From NCBI GenBank assembly GCA_038087875.1, contig JAXLNO010000620.1, positions 124,001 to 188,000 of the forward strand: 64,000 nucleotides of DNA. Direction: 5' to 3'. Position numbers and translations under genes: made by a program. Positions 25,101 through 37,700 of the stretch are shown piece after piece. Source of the stretch: Malacoraja senta (Eukaryota). The notes under the pieces were generated by a model. That model saw nothing but the letters and a program-made list of their open reading frames with translations. It was not told where the DNA came from and ran no database searches. Positions within the stretch are counted from its first letter, which is position 1. Every line of letters begins with the position of its first letter.

Positions 25101-28100
25101 TTGTCTGAAGAAGGGTCTCGACCCGAAACATCGCCCATTCCTTCCCTCCAGAGATGCTGCCTCACCCGCTGAGTTACTCCAGCATTTTGTGTCAACCTTA
25201 ATCTTATGCCCTCTAGTTAATAAGATCATAAGTGATAGGAGCAGAATTAGGCCATTCGGCCCATCAGGTTGATTCAAGCATTCAATCATGGCTGATCTAT
25301 CTTTCTCAACCCCATTCTCCTACCTTCTCCCAATAACCCCTGACACCCATTATAATCAAGAAACTATCTGTCATTGCATTAAATATATCCAATGACGGCC
25401 TCCAAAGCCTTCTGTGGCAAAGAATTCCACATATTCAACACCCTCTGATTAAAGAATCTACTCCTCATCTCCTTCCTAAAGGTACGTGAATTAATTCTGA
25501 GACCAAATCTGGGCAAGTTGGGCCGAAGAGCCTGTTACCACACTGTATCGCTCTGCACTCGCTGCATTCGCTGTGAGGCAGCAACTCTACCGCTGCGCCA
25601 CCGTGTAACTAAGATAGTTGTGACCAGTCTCGATCCGAAACGTCACCTTTTCCTTCGCTCCATAGATGCTGCCTAACCCGCTGAGTTTCTCCATCATTTA
25701 TATCTACCTAAGATAGTTGTTTATCATTCGTCATGTATTATGGTGGTGGGTTCTGTTTTGTTTCTTTATTGTACTGTAGATATCATTTTAATATTTGAAT
25801 ACAAATTTTTGATTAAAATTTTTTTTTTAAAGCACATGCGTGACCCTGTTTGACCCCAGAGGGTAAAAGCTTAAGGTGAGAGGGGCAAAGTTTAAAGGAG
25901 ATGTGCGGGGCAGGTTTTTTTACACAGAGAATGGCGAGTGTTTTGAGGTGGTGGTGGAGGTGGATATGATCGAGGCCTTAAAGAGGCTTTGAGATAAGGG
26001 CCTGTCCCAACATTAAGACCCGGAGCGGGGCCTTACATCACCCGGCGCGGGACTTGCCATCGCCCGGCGGGGGCTCCAACATTAAGACCCGGAGCGGGGC
26101 CTTACATCGTCCGGCACGGCCTTATCGGCCGCGGGACTTGCCAACGCCTGCCGGGGGCGTTAACATCGGGAGAAAAATGGAACACAGAAAAGAGACAAGA
26201 CTTTGCCTTCCATCACAGTGAGGAGATTCACTGTGATGGATGTTTGTGTAAATTGTGTTGCTGTGTGTCTTGGTCCTTTTCTTGTTGTATGACTGCAGAA
26301 ACCAAATTTTGTTTGAACTTCATACTTGAGGTTCAAATGACAATAAATAATTGTATTGTAGTGTACTTACCCAATTTTTTCGGCGACTGCCGGCACACGT
26401 CATAGTCGCAGCAGATTTCCGAAAATGTTCAACGTGTTGAAAATCCAGCGGCGACCAGAACAAGGTACGACTCTTTGAGCAACTACTCACGACCATACAG
26501 GCATCACGCCGCGACATATCGCCAGGGGGACGCCTGTATGGCCGTGAGTCGTCTCCTCAGTCGCCCAAAGAGTCGCAGCCTCTTTCTGGTCGCCGCTGAA
26601 TTTTCAACATGTTGAACATTTTCGGCAACCTATGACGGGTGCCGGCAGTCGCCGCAAAAGTTGCGTAAGTGGGACAGGCCCAACTTACTCGTGTTCAGTG
26701 CGGGACATGGTGGGCCGAAGGGCCTGTTCCCGTGCTGTACTGTTCTACGTTGGATGACACTGCGGTAACTTGTGTCCATTCCCACCCCGGTCACACACAC
26801 ACACACACACACACACGATGTCCCAGCTCACACTCACCCGGACGCATCTGACGCATCGCTACCGGCACTCCTGTCCCAGACGGGGAAGGAAACAAAGAAT
26901 TAGGGAACGTTCGTCACTCGGATTCCCCTGCCCACTCCCCCCCCCCTCCCCCCGACTCGTGGACTGGAACGCCCATCAACGAGGGAGACTACACAGAGGG
27001 TGAGACAATGCCCGGTCCATCACGGACACGCACCTCCCCACCATCAAAGGGAATGGTCGACGTTTCTGTCGAGGCCCTGCCTCAGGACTGAGTGCGAAGA
27101 GGGGGGGGGAATATAATCAGAGTAAATAGAGGAGGGAGAGGGGTGGGACAGGGGACAGATGTGATTGCTGGACCCTCAGATGCCCCTCAGGCTTCTATTA
27201 AATCCTTCCCCTCTCATCTTAATCTTTTGTCTGAAGAAGGGTCTCGACCCGAAACATCGCCCATTCCTTCCCTCCAGAGATGCTGCCTCACCCGCTGAGT
27301 TACTCCAGCATTTTGTGTCAACCTTAATCTTATGCCCTCTAGTTAATAAGATCATAAGTGATAGGAGCAGAATTAGGCCATTCGGCCCATCAGGTTGATT
27401 CAAGCATTCAATCATGGCTGATCTATCTTTCTCAACCCCATTCTCCTACCTTCTCCCAATAACCCCTGACACCCATTATAATCAAGAAACTATCTGTCAT
27501 TGCATTAAATATATCCACTGACGGCCTCCAAAGCCTTCTGTGGCAAAGAATTCCACATATTCAACACCCTCTGATTAAAGAATCTACTCCTCATCTCCTT
27601 CCTAAAGGTACGTGAATTAATTCTGAGACCAAATCTGGGCAAGTTGGGCCGAAGAGCCTGTTACCACACTGTATCGCTCTGCACCACAAAATCTTCTCTT
27701 CACCCTTTCCAGCTTCGGGACCGCTGGGAGATACAGTCCACAAACATTCAGCAGCTTGCCATCAATAGTAGGCGTTGGGCTCTTGAAGAGCATCGAGGTG
27801 ATTAAATCCCCAGGACTAGAGGGTCTGATCTAGAGGGAGAGGTTGAGTAGGCTGGGTCTCTATTCCTTGGAGCGCAGGAGGATGAGGGGAGATCTTATAG
27901 AGGTGTATAAAATCATGAGCGGAATAGATCGGGTAGACGCACAGAGTCTCTTGCCCAGAGTAGGGGAATCGAGGACCAGAGGACATACTGTAGGTTCAAG
28001 ATGAAGGGGAAAAGATTTAATAGGAATCTGAGGGGTAACTTTTTCACATAATGTGTGGTGGATGTATGCAACAGGCTGCCAGAGGAGGTAGTTGAGCCTG

Positions 28101-28715
28101 GGACTATCCCAACGTTTAAGAAACAGTTAGACAGGTACATGGATAGGACAGGTTTGGAGGGATATGGACCAAGCGCAGGCAGGTGGGACTAGTGTAGCTG
28201 GGACATGTTGGCCGGTGTGGGCAAGTTGGGCTGAAGGGCCTGTTACCACACTGTATCACTCTACGGCAATAAATCTTCTCTTCACCCTTTCCAGCTTCGT
28301 CCAGTCCCAAAACACATTGCTTGCTAACCAGTATATAAAAGTTGGGAGGAGATAGTCAAACCCTTTTTCCCAGGGTGGAATTGTTAAAGTCTAGAGTGCA
28401 GAGTTTTAAGGTGAGAGGGGAAAAGTTTAAAGGAGATGTGTGGGCAGATTGTTCTTACACAGAGGGTGCTGAGAGCATGGAATGTGCTGCCAGGGGTGGT
28501 GGTGGAGGTGGATATGATAGAGGCATTTAAGAGGCTTTGTGATAGGCACATGGATATGCAGGGAATGGAGGGATATGGATCAAGTGCAGGCAGAGGAGAT
28601 GAACTTGGCATCGTGTTCAGCACGGACATGGTGAGCCGAAGGGCCTGTTCCCCTGCTGTACTGTTCTACGTTGGATGACACTGCGGTACCTTGTGTCCAT
28701 TGCCCAGCCCGGTCG

Positions 28716-28746
<31 letters not shown>

Positions 28747-31700
28747 TCCCAGCTCACACTCACCCCAACACATCTGACGCATCTACACTGGTACTCCTGT
28801 CCCAGATGGGGAAGGAGACAAAGAATTAGGGAACGTTCATCCTCCAGCGGCCCCTCACTCGAATTCTCCACCCCCTCCCGCCTCCCTCTCCCACCGCCGC
28901 ACCCCTCACCGCACCCTCTCTGCCCCCTCCCTCTCTCCCACCCCCACCCCCTCTCTGTCAGTTCACACCCCCCCCAGACCGGGCCCACCTCACTCACATG
29001 CTGGATGAACGTTTCACCCTCAGTTCTCTGTGTCTGCGCTGGCCTCTGAATGGAAAGAGACAGAGTTAGAGAGTGTACGGAGCAGGGACGGGACCGCTGG
29101 GAGATACAGTCCACACACATTCAGCAGCTTGCCATCAATAGTAGGCAATAGTCCCCAGGACTAGAGGGTCTGATCCAGAGGGAGAGCTTGAGTAGGCTGG
29201 GTCTTTATTTCTTGGAGCGCAGGAGGATGAGGGGAGATCTTATGGAGGTGTATAAAATCACGAGAGGAATAGCTCGGGTAGACGCACAGAATCTCTTGCT
29301 CAGAGTAGGGGAATCGTGGACAAGGAGACATACTGTAGGACAAGAGGACTTTGGTTCAAGATGAAGGGGAAAAAGATTGAATAGGAGATGAGGAAAAACT
29401 CTTTCTTTTTTTAAAAATATTTTTATTTTATTAGAAGTAAGTACAATTGTATACAATCATATTTTCATAATATCTTTTATGTACAGCTTCTTATTTTTAA
29501 AAAATGTTGAAACAAAGAAGAAAAAGAAAAAAGTTAGATAATGAAAAATAGAAAAATGTGAGATATATAGTGTGTGAAAAAGAAAAATAAAGAATGAAAA
29601 AAGAAAGTTGAGACATAGAAAATAGAAGAAAGAGAATAAAAGAAGAGAAGAGAAGAAAATAAAATAGAAGGAGATCATTTATAATCTTGACCATCCGCAG
29701 TCACGGATTAGCTTTTACACCTGTTTTGCACCATATGTTTCCAAAAAGACGACAAATGGAGACCAACTCGGTATGAATTCGTCAAATTTATCTATTAGGA
29801 GGAATCGCATTTCCTCAAGATGTGCGGTATCCAACATACTTGCAATCCACATTTTGAGCGTTGGTATTGGTGTATTTTTCCAAAATTTCAATATTAATTT
29901 TTTTGCTATTATTAAACCATAATTAAAAATTGACTTTTGAGATGAGCTCAATTTGTTCCCGTCTTCCGTTCCATTTTTGTCTTAAATAGTTTTGTAAATA
30001 TTTCGAAAATATCACTCCAAAATCCATGAAGTTTTATACAAGAAACAAAAGAGTGTGTTATAGTTGCGTCTTGGGTTAAACATTTATCGCAAATGGGCGA
30101 TATATTTGGATAAAATGTATTTAATCTTGTTTTTGAGTAATATAATCTATGTAAAAATTTTAATTGGATTAGATTATGTCAAATACTTTTCCCATGTAGC
30201 CTTCGTAATTTTTATCAATAATTCCCGTTCCCACTCTTCTCTAATTACCTCGGTCACAGGTAAATCTATATTTAAGATACTATTATATAAATATGATATT
30301 ATTTTTTGTGTATCAGCTTTTGTATTCATTACTTCTTCTAGTAAATCAGGAGTTATTTTTTGATATCCCTGTATGTATGTCTTCAAAAAATTACAAATCT
30401 GAAAATATTTAAAATAATGAGTGTTTTTCAGTTTAAATTTTAATTGTAATTGTTGAAATGATAATAAATCTCCCATTTCATACATGTCCCCGATCCTTTT
30501 AATTCCTAAACTTTCCCATTGATTATATATTTTATCCATCATAGATGGTTTAAATAAAGGATTATTCGCTATCGGTGTTAACAATGATAGGTTTCTTAAT
30601 TTTAAGGATAATTTTATTTGTTTCCATATTCTTATTGTATCTTGTATAATTGGGTTTTTCTTATATATTGTATTGTTCATTTTTTTCGGGGAGAAGAGGA
30701 TTGTTCCTATATTACAAGGATAACAATCCTCTTTCTCCATTTTTATCCATTCTGTCTGTTGAGTTGAACTATCCAACCAGTAAATTATATTCTTAATATG
30801 TATTGCCCAATAGTAATACAAAAAATTCGGGAGTGAAAGTCCCCCGACATCTTTTGGTTTACATAAGTGTTCTTTTTTAATTCTATGTGATTTATAATCC
30901 CAAACAAAATTAGTAATATTAGCGTTCAGTTTAGAAAAAAAATATTTTGGTACATATACTGGTATAGATTGAAATAGGTATAATAACTGTGGTAGGAAGC
31001 TCATTTTAATAGCATTTATTCTGCCTATTAATGATAAAGGGAGTGTTTTCCAAAATTTTATCATTATATTAAGTTTATTTATTAAGGGTATAAAATTGGC
31101 ATTGAATAAAGCTTTATGTTTTCTAGTAATCTGAATACCCAAATATTTGAATTTTTCTGTTGCTATTTTAAAGGGGAATTTCAATAAGTGTGTGGATTCT
31201 TGAGGTTTTAACGTCATGATTTCACTTTTGTTCCAGTTTATTCTATATCCAGAAAAGGACCCAAATTCCTCTATTAAATTTAATAAATTTGGTATGCTCG
31301 TTTGTGAATTTGTTATATATAACAAAATATCGTCTGCATACAATGAAATTTTATTATTTGAGTCCCTAGTATTATAACCCTGAATATTCGGATGGCTTCT
31401 TATACTTTCAGCCAGAGGTTCTATCATAAGGGCAAATAGCAGGGGTGATAAAGCACATCCCTGCCTATTACCCCTTGATAATTGAAATTTTTGAGATAAC
31501 ATGCTGTTAGTTAATATTCTTGCCATCGGTTTATCATATAATAATTTCACCCATGCAATAAAATTCTCTCCCATATTAAATTTTTGTAATACTTTGTATA
31601 AATACTGCCATTCTACCTAATCAAATGCTTTCTCTGCGTCCAAAGAAATAATTGCTAAGTCTTTTTCCTCCACTTTATGTGAGTACATTATATTAAACAG

Positions 31701-34700
31701 GCGTCTCAAATTATTAAATGAATATCTTTTGGGTATAAACCCCGTTTGAACAGGGTTTATCAATTTACTAATATATTTGCTTAGTCTTCTAGCTAAAGTC
31801 TTTGCTAGAATTTTCTGGTCTGTATTTAAAAGTGATATAGCTCTATATGAGCCCGGTTCCTCTAGATCTTTATCTTTCTTTGGAATAAGCGTAATAGTTG
31901 ATTCTGCTAATGTTTCAGGTAGTTTATTTTCTTTAAAAACGTAAGTATATAAATTAAATAGATAGGGGGTCGTTATCTCATGAAACCTTTTATAAAATTC
32001 ATTACTAAAACCATCTGGTCCCGGTGTCTTACCATTTTTCAGCGATTTTATTGTTTCACCTATTTCTTCGATTGTAATTTGCGCTCCTAGTTCTTCTTGT
32101 TCCAAAAGGTCAAGTTTTGGTAGATTACATTTATCTAAAAAGTTTGTAATTTTACTATCTTCTGTTTTGGTTTTTGATGTGTATAAATTTTGATAAAATT
32201 GAACAAATCTTTTATTGATATCTTTAGGTAGTGTTAGTAATTCACCATTCTCAGATTTAATTTTATTTATAGTATTTTCCTTTTCCTGTTTTTTCAATTG
32301 ACGCGCCAACAGCTTATGTGGTTTGTCACCAAACTCAAAATGTTCCTGTTTTGTAATTTGGAATAATCTTATTACTCTTGCCGAGAGAATTCGGTTAAGT
32401 TTAAATTTCAGTAGTATTATCTTATTATGTTTATCTATAGTGGGATCTTTAGCATTATCTAACTCTAACTCTTATTTCTTGTTCTAACAGCATCTGTTCT
32501 GTTTTATTCTTCTTATTTTGAAAAATTTCATATGAAATTATAATTCCTCTAATAAATGCTTTAAAAGTTTCCCATATTAAAGAAGGTGAGGTACCTGGTG
32601 TATCATTTATCTCAAAAAATAATATCATTTGTTGTTTCAAATATTGATAACCCTGTAAGTCATTTAATATATATGTGTTAAACCTCCAAAAAAAATTCTT
32701 TCCCGGCATTCCTTCAAATTTTACTAAAAAAGTCAATGGAGAGTGATCAGAAATACTACTAATATGGTAAGTTGGGTTAATTATATATGGCATTAATTTC
32801 CTATCCACTAAAAAATAATCAATTCTTGAGTATGTTTTATGTACCGAAGAGTAAAACGAGTATTCCCTTCCTGCTGGGTTAGCAGATCTCCATACATCTG
32901 TTATGTTAGTATTTTTTATATATGTATTTAGAAATTCACTAGTCTTAGATTCTATATTACTCCTTCTTTGTTTTGCTGATTTGTCTAAGTATGGATCTAA
33001 AACACAGTTGAAATCCCCTCCTATTATGACATTTTGATAATTAAACTCCAGTATTATATCTATAATTTTCTCAAAGAATTGAGGGTTATCAAAATTCGGA
33101 GCGTAAATATTTACCATAGTTATTGGGGTAGCATAAATTTCTCCCGAAACTATGATATACCTTCCCTCTTTATCTGATATAGTATTCTTTAATTTGAACG
33201 GTATACCTTTTCGAATAAGAATAGCCGTACCTCTAGATTTAGAAGTAAATGACGAAAAATATGTTTGGCCTATCCACTTCGCCTTTAATCTCATTTAAAC
33301 TCTTTCAACCAGAGAGTTGTGAATCTGTGGAATTCTCTGCCACAGAAGGCAGTGGAGGCCAATTCACAGGATGTATTCAAGAGGGAGTTAGATTTAGCTC
33401 CAAGAGGTAACGGAATCAAGGGATATGGGGAGGAAGCAGGAACGGGGTACTTGTAGATGATCATTGTAGATGATTAGCCATGATCGGATTGAATGGTGGT
33501 GCTGGTTTAAAGGGCTGAATGGCCTACTCCTGCACCTCCTTTCTATATTTACTCTGAGGAACATGAGGTCTAAGCTGTTTTTAGACAATAGACAGTAGAC
33601 TATATGGGCAGGAGTAGGCCATTCGGCCCTTCGAGCCAGCACCGCCATTCAATGTGATCATGGCTGATCATCCCCAATCAGTATCCCGTTCCTGTCTTCT
33701 CCCCATATCCCCTGACTCCGCTATCTTTACGAACCATATCTAGCTCTCTCTTGAAAGTATCCAGAGAACCGGCCTCCACCACCCTCTGAGGCAGAGAATT
33801 CCATAGACTCACAACTCTCTGTGTGAAAAAGTGTTTCCTCATCTCCGTTCCAAATGGCTTACACCTTATTCTTAAACTGTGGGCCCTGGTTCTGGACATC
33901 GGGAACATACCAACAACATCCCAACATTTTGTTTGACCTTCCAACAGACAGATGGGGTTGATCGCGACTAGAAGCTCCACCTGGCCTACTCCTGCAATCA
34001 ATTTTCTGTGTTTCTATGTGAGAGAGATGATCGATGAGGGGAGGGTGGTAGGTGTCATCTACCTGGTCGTCGCAGGGCGGAACATACCTTTTGCAGAACG
34101 CCACAAATAAGGTGGTGTCATTGAACTGGGCACCCTCATCGGTGAAGGTCTGGTTGAAGAGGCTGCCTTCCAGTTCGGCGTTCCCAAACGCAATCTCCCT
34201 GACGAACACCTCCATACTCGGGAAACGTTGGATAAACACCTAGAGGATGGCAACAAGAGACCACATGAACATTCCGAACCTTCACCTGCTTTCTCCTGGC
34301 ACTTGAGCAACAGATCGGGTAAACGCTCAGAGTCTCTTGCCCAGAGTGGGGGAATCGAGAAGCAGAGGACACGGCTTTAAGCTGAGAGTGGGGACAGATT
34401 TAATAGGAACCTGAGACAATAGACAATAGACAATAGGTGCAGGAGTAGGCCATTCGGCCCTTCCAACCAGCACCGCCATTCAATGGGATCAATTTTATCT
34501 CCTGTTCTGTATTATGTTTCCACATTCTGTTGTGCTGCAGCAAGCAAGAATTTCATTGTCCTATCTGGGACACATGACAATAAAACTCTCTTGACTCTTG
34601 ACTTGACTCATGGCTGATCATCCTCAATCAGTACCCCGTTCCTGCCTTCTCCCCATATCCCCTGACTCCGCTATCTTTAAGAGCTCTATCTAACTCTCTC

Positions 34701-37700
34701 TTGAAAGTATCTGGGGAACCGGCCTCCACCGCCCTCTGAGGCAGAGAATTCCACAGACTCACAACTCTCTGGGTGAAAAAGTGTTTCCTCATCTCCGTTC
34801 TAAATGGCTTACCACTTATTCTTAAACTGTGTGGACCCTGGTTCTGGACTCCCCCAACATCGGGAACATGTTTCCTGCCTCTAGCGTGTCCAAACCCTTA
34901 ATAATCTTATGTTTCAATAAGATTCCCTCTCATCCTTCTAAACTCCAGAGTGTACAAGCCCAGCCACTCCATTCTCTCAGGATATGACAGTCCCACCATC
35001 CCGGGAATTAACCTGATGAACCTATGCTGCACTCCCTCAATAGCAACTTTTCTTCCACACAAAGGGTGGTGCATATAGGGAACGAGCTGCCGGAGGAGGT
35101 CGTTGAGGTAGGGACAATCACAGCGTTCATAAAGCATTTGGGCAGGTCCATGGATAGGATGGGTGTACAGGCCAAAGGCAGGCAAGTGGGTGGGACTAGT
35201 AGATGGGGCATGTTGGTGGGCATAGGCAGGTTGGGCTGAAGGGCCTGTTTCCGTGCTGTGGGACAATGCGTCTACTCACCTGAGGGTCTGTGGGTGTTGG
35301 AGGGTTGTTCTGCACCTCTGTGGGAAGCAGCTTGAACAGGTTCCTTTCTCCATTCTCGGCCATGGAGACAAGCAGTTGCCCTGTCCTTCCAATCTGTGCC
35401 TCTGGGGGGAGAAAGGAAGAGTGAGGTCAGTTGTTTTGTAAACTGTTGCAATGGCAGTTTGGATCGTGCTCCACTTTTGTATGTTTGTTTTTGTTTTCTG
35501 AATAAAAGTATTTGTATAATAAAAAAATTTTTTGAACAGGGCCTTGTTCACAAATTCACAAATTCACTGTGAAGGTCCAGCCCTGATTCGACTTTGCAAA
35601 TGTGCTACACCTTGCACTTATTAATTAATTAATACATTTTATTGGCCAAATATTCACATACAAGGAATTTGCCTTGGTGCTCCGCCTGCAAGTGACAACA
35701 TGACATACAGTGACAGTTAGGAATGAGACAGAAAATGTATCATTCCTAACCGTATTATCCCTAACTGTATTATCTGTATTAAGCTCCATGAAGGCCCTGT
35801 CCCACTTAGGCGATTTTTTTCGGCGACTGCCGGCGACTGTCATAGTCGTAGCAGTTCGCCGAGAAACCGGCAACTGGACCCTTCCCGAGGACAATGTCTA
35901 CGACAAGCTACCGCCTAGTCAACGTCAAGCTACGGCAAGCTACCGAGAACCGGCGACCCATTAGGATGTCCACCTACGACCACACCTACCACAACCTACA
36001 CCGTCAGCGACAACTGAAGACAATTCGGTCGCTGGCACCTGTCGCCAGTTGACGTACGTAGTCGCCAATGGAATTCACCGAAGTCAGCACCCGGCGACCA
36101 CCCACGTCATCCTGGCGACAATCTACGACAGCACCTACGTCAGGAGGTCAAGCTACGCTCATTGGCGTCAAGCCCACTGACGCCGAAAATCTTTGAACAT
36201 TTCAAAATCCAGCGGCGACCAGAAATACGCCACGACTGTTTGAGCGACTGAGGAGACGACTCACGGCCGTACAGGCGACACCCCGGGCGACCATGTGGCG
36301 ACAGCCTAGTCGCCTGTAGTCGTCTAAAAAAATCGCCTAAGAAGGACAGGCCCTTACGGCATTGGTCAGCCCACTTGCCCAACTGATCAAGGTCGTGCTG
36401 CAATTCCTGATAACTACCTTCATTGACGATGGTGCCACCTGCTTTTATGTCATCTGCAAACTTACGCCTCGTACATGCTTATTGTTAAGCACTTTGATGT
36501 ATTTTTTGTATCAAAAATAATTTATTTAATTCCTATCACGATACAATAACACACCCACCACCATAGTACAAAAACACCAAATTATTCAGACACTATAATT
36601 CCAAATAATGATGTTACAATCCTTACAAATATACTAAATAACTTCTGTACAACTATGTCCCTCTCTAACACCACCCGGGCACGGGCATAACCCCGGTAAA
36701 GGGGCAGGCAGCCGGCTCGGGCAAAGCCCTCTTCCGCCTGGCGCCGTGACTCACGGACGGCCAGCTAGGCCAGGCCCAGGAGCAACCCAACCAGGACATC
36801 TTCGGCCCTGCCCGCTCCCTAGATCCCGTCACCAGTCTCTCCGGTCGCACATTTTGGTGTCTTTGTTACGGGAGGGGAATATCTGCGCCCACTCCTGCCT
36901 ACCTTCCACGTTGGACCCTCTTGTGTACATTCTCAAGGCTCCCTTGGCCGCTCTGAACGCATATCGATTGTTGCCATTCACCTGCGTGCCGACCCAGACC
37001 GACTCGTTGTATCGACGTACCTGGGCATGGGGGAAGACGAGTTATTGAGGGAGGGGGAGAGGTGTGGGGTGTGGGTTGGGGGAAGGGCAGGGCGTGGGGG
37101 GAGGGGGGTGGATGAACGGAGATAAAGTACAATAGTTACTCTGGGAGATACACACAAAAAGCTGGAGTAACTCAACCCAGCGGGGCAGGCAGCATCTCTG
37201 GAGAGAAGGAATGGGTGACGTTTCGGGTTGAGACCCTTCTTCAGACTGGTTAGGGATAAGGGAAATGAGAGATAATTGACGGGGTTAATTCCCGGCATGG
37301 CGGGACTGTCATATGTTGAAAGAATAGTCAGTGGATATTTTTAAGGCAGAGATGGATAGATTCTTGATTTGTACGGGTGTCAGGGGTTATGGAGAGAAGG
37401 CAGGAGAATGGGGTTAGGAGGGAAAGATAGATCAGCCATGATTGAATGGCGGAATAGACTTGATGGGCCGAATGGCCTAATTCTGCTATTTATGACCTAC
37501 TACCTATGACTGGGAGTGTATACACTGGCGTTTAGAAGGATGAGAGGCTATCTTATTGAAACATAAGATTATTAAGGGTTTGGACACGCTAGAGGCAGGA
37601 AACATGTTCCCGATGTTGGGGGAGTCAAGTCAAGAGAGTTTATTGTCATGTGTCCCAGATAGGACAATGAAATTCTTGCTTGCTGCAGCACAACAGAATA

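Noticed and set aside
17813..27415. Recurrent 60-115 aa ORFs in the tandem array
   Set aside because: They are translations of MITE, SINE and CR1-tail sequence; only the 33-nt exon has splice and frame support.
33859..34087. ORF-track read-through of SOUL exon 5 (..RYVPPCDDQVDD..) as the true C-terminus
   Set aside because: A good donor (AAG|gtatgt) lies at 34088, the read-through lacks the conserved EIW strand, and it runs into repeat sequence.
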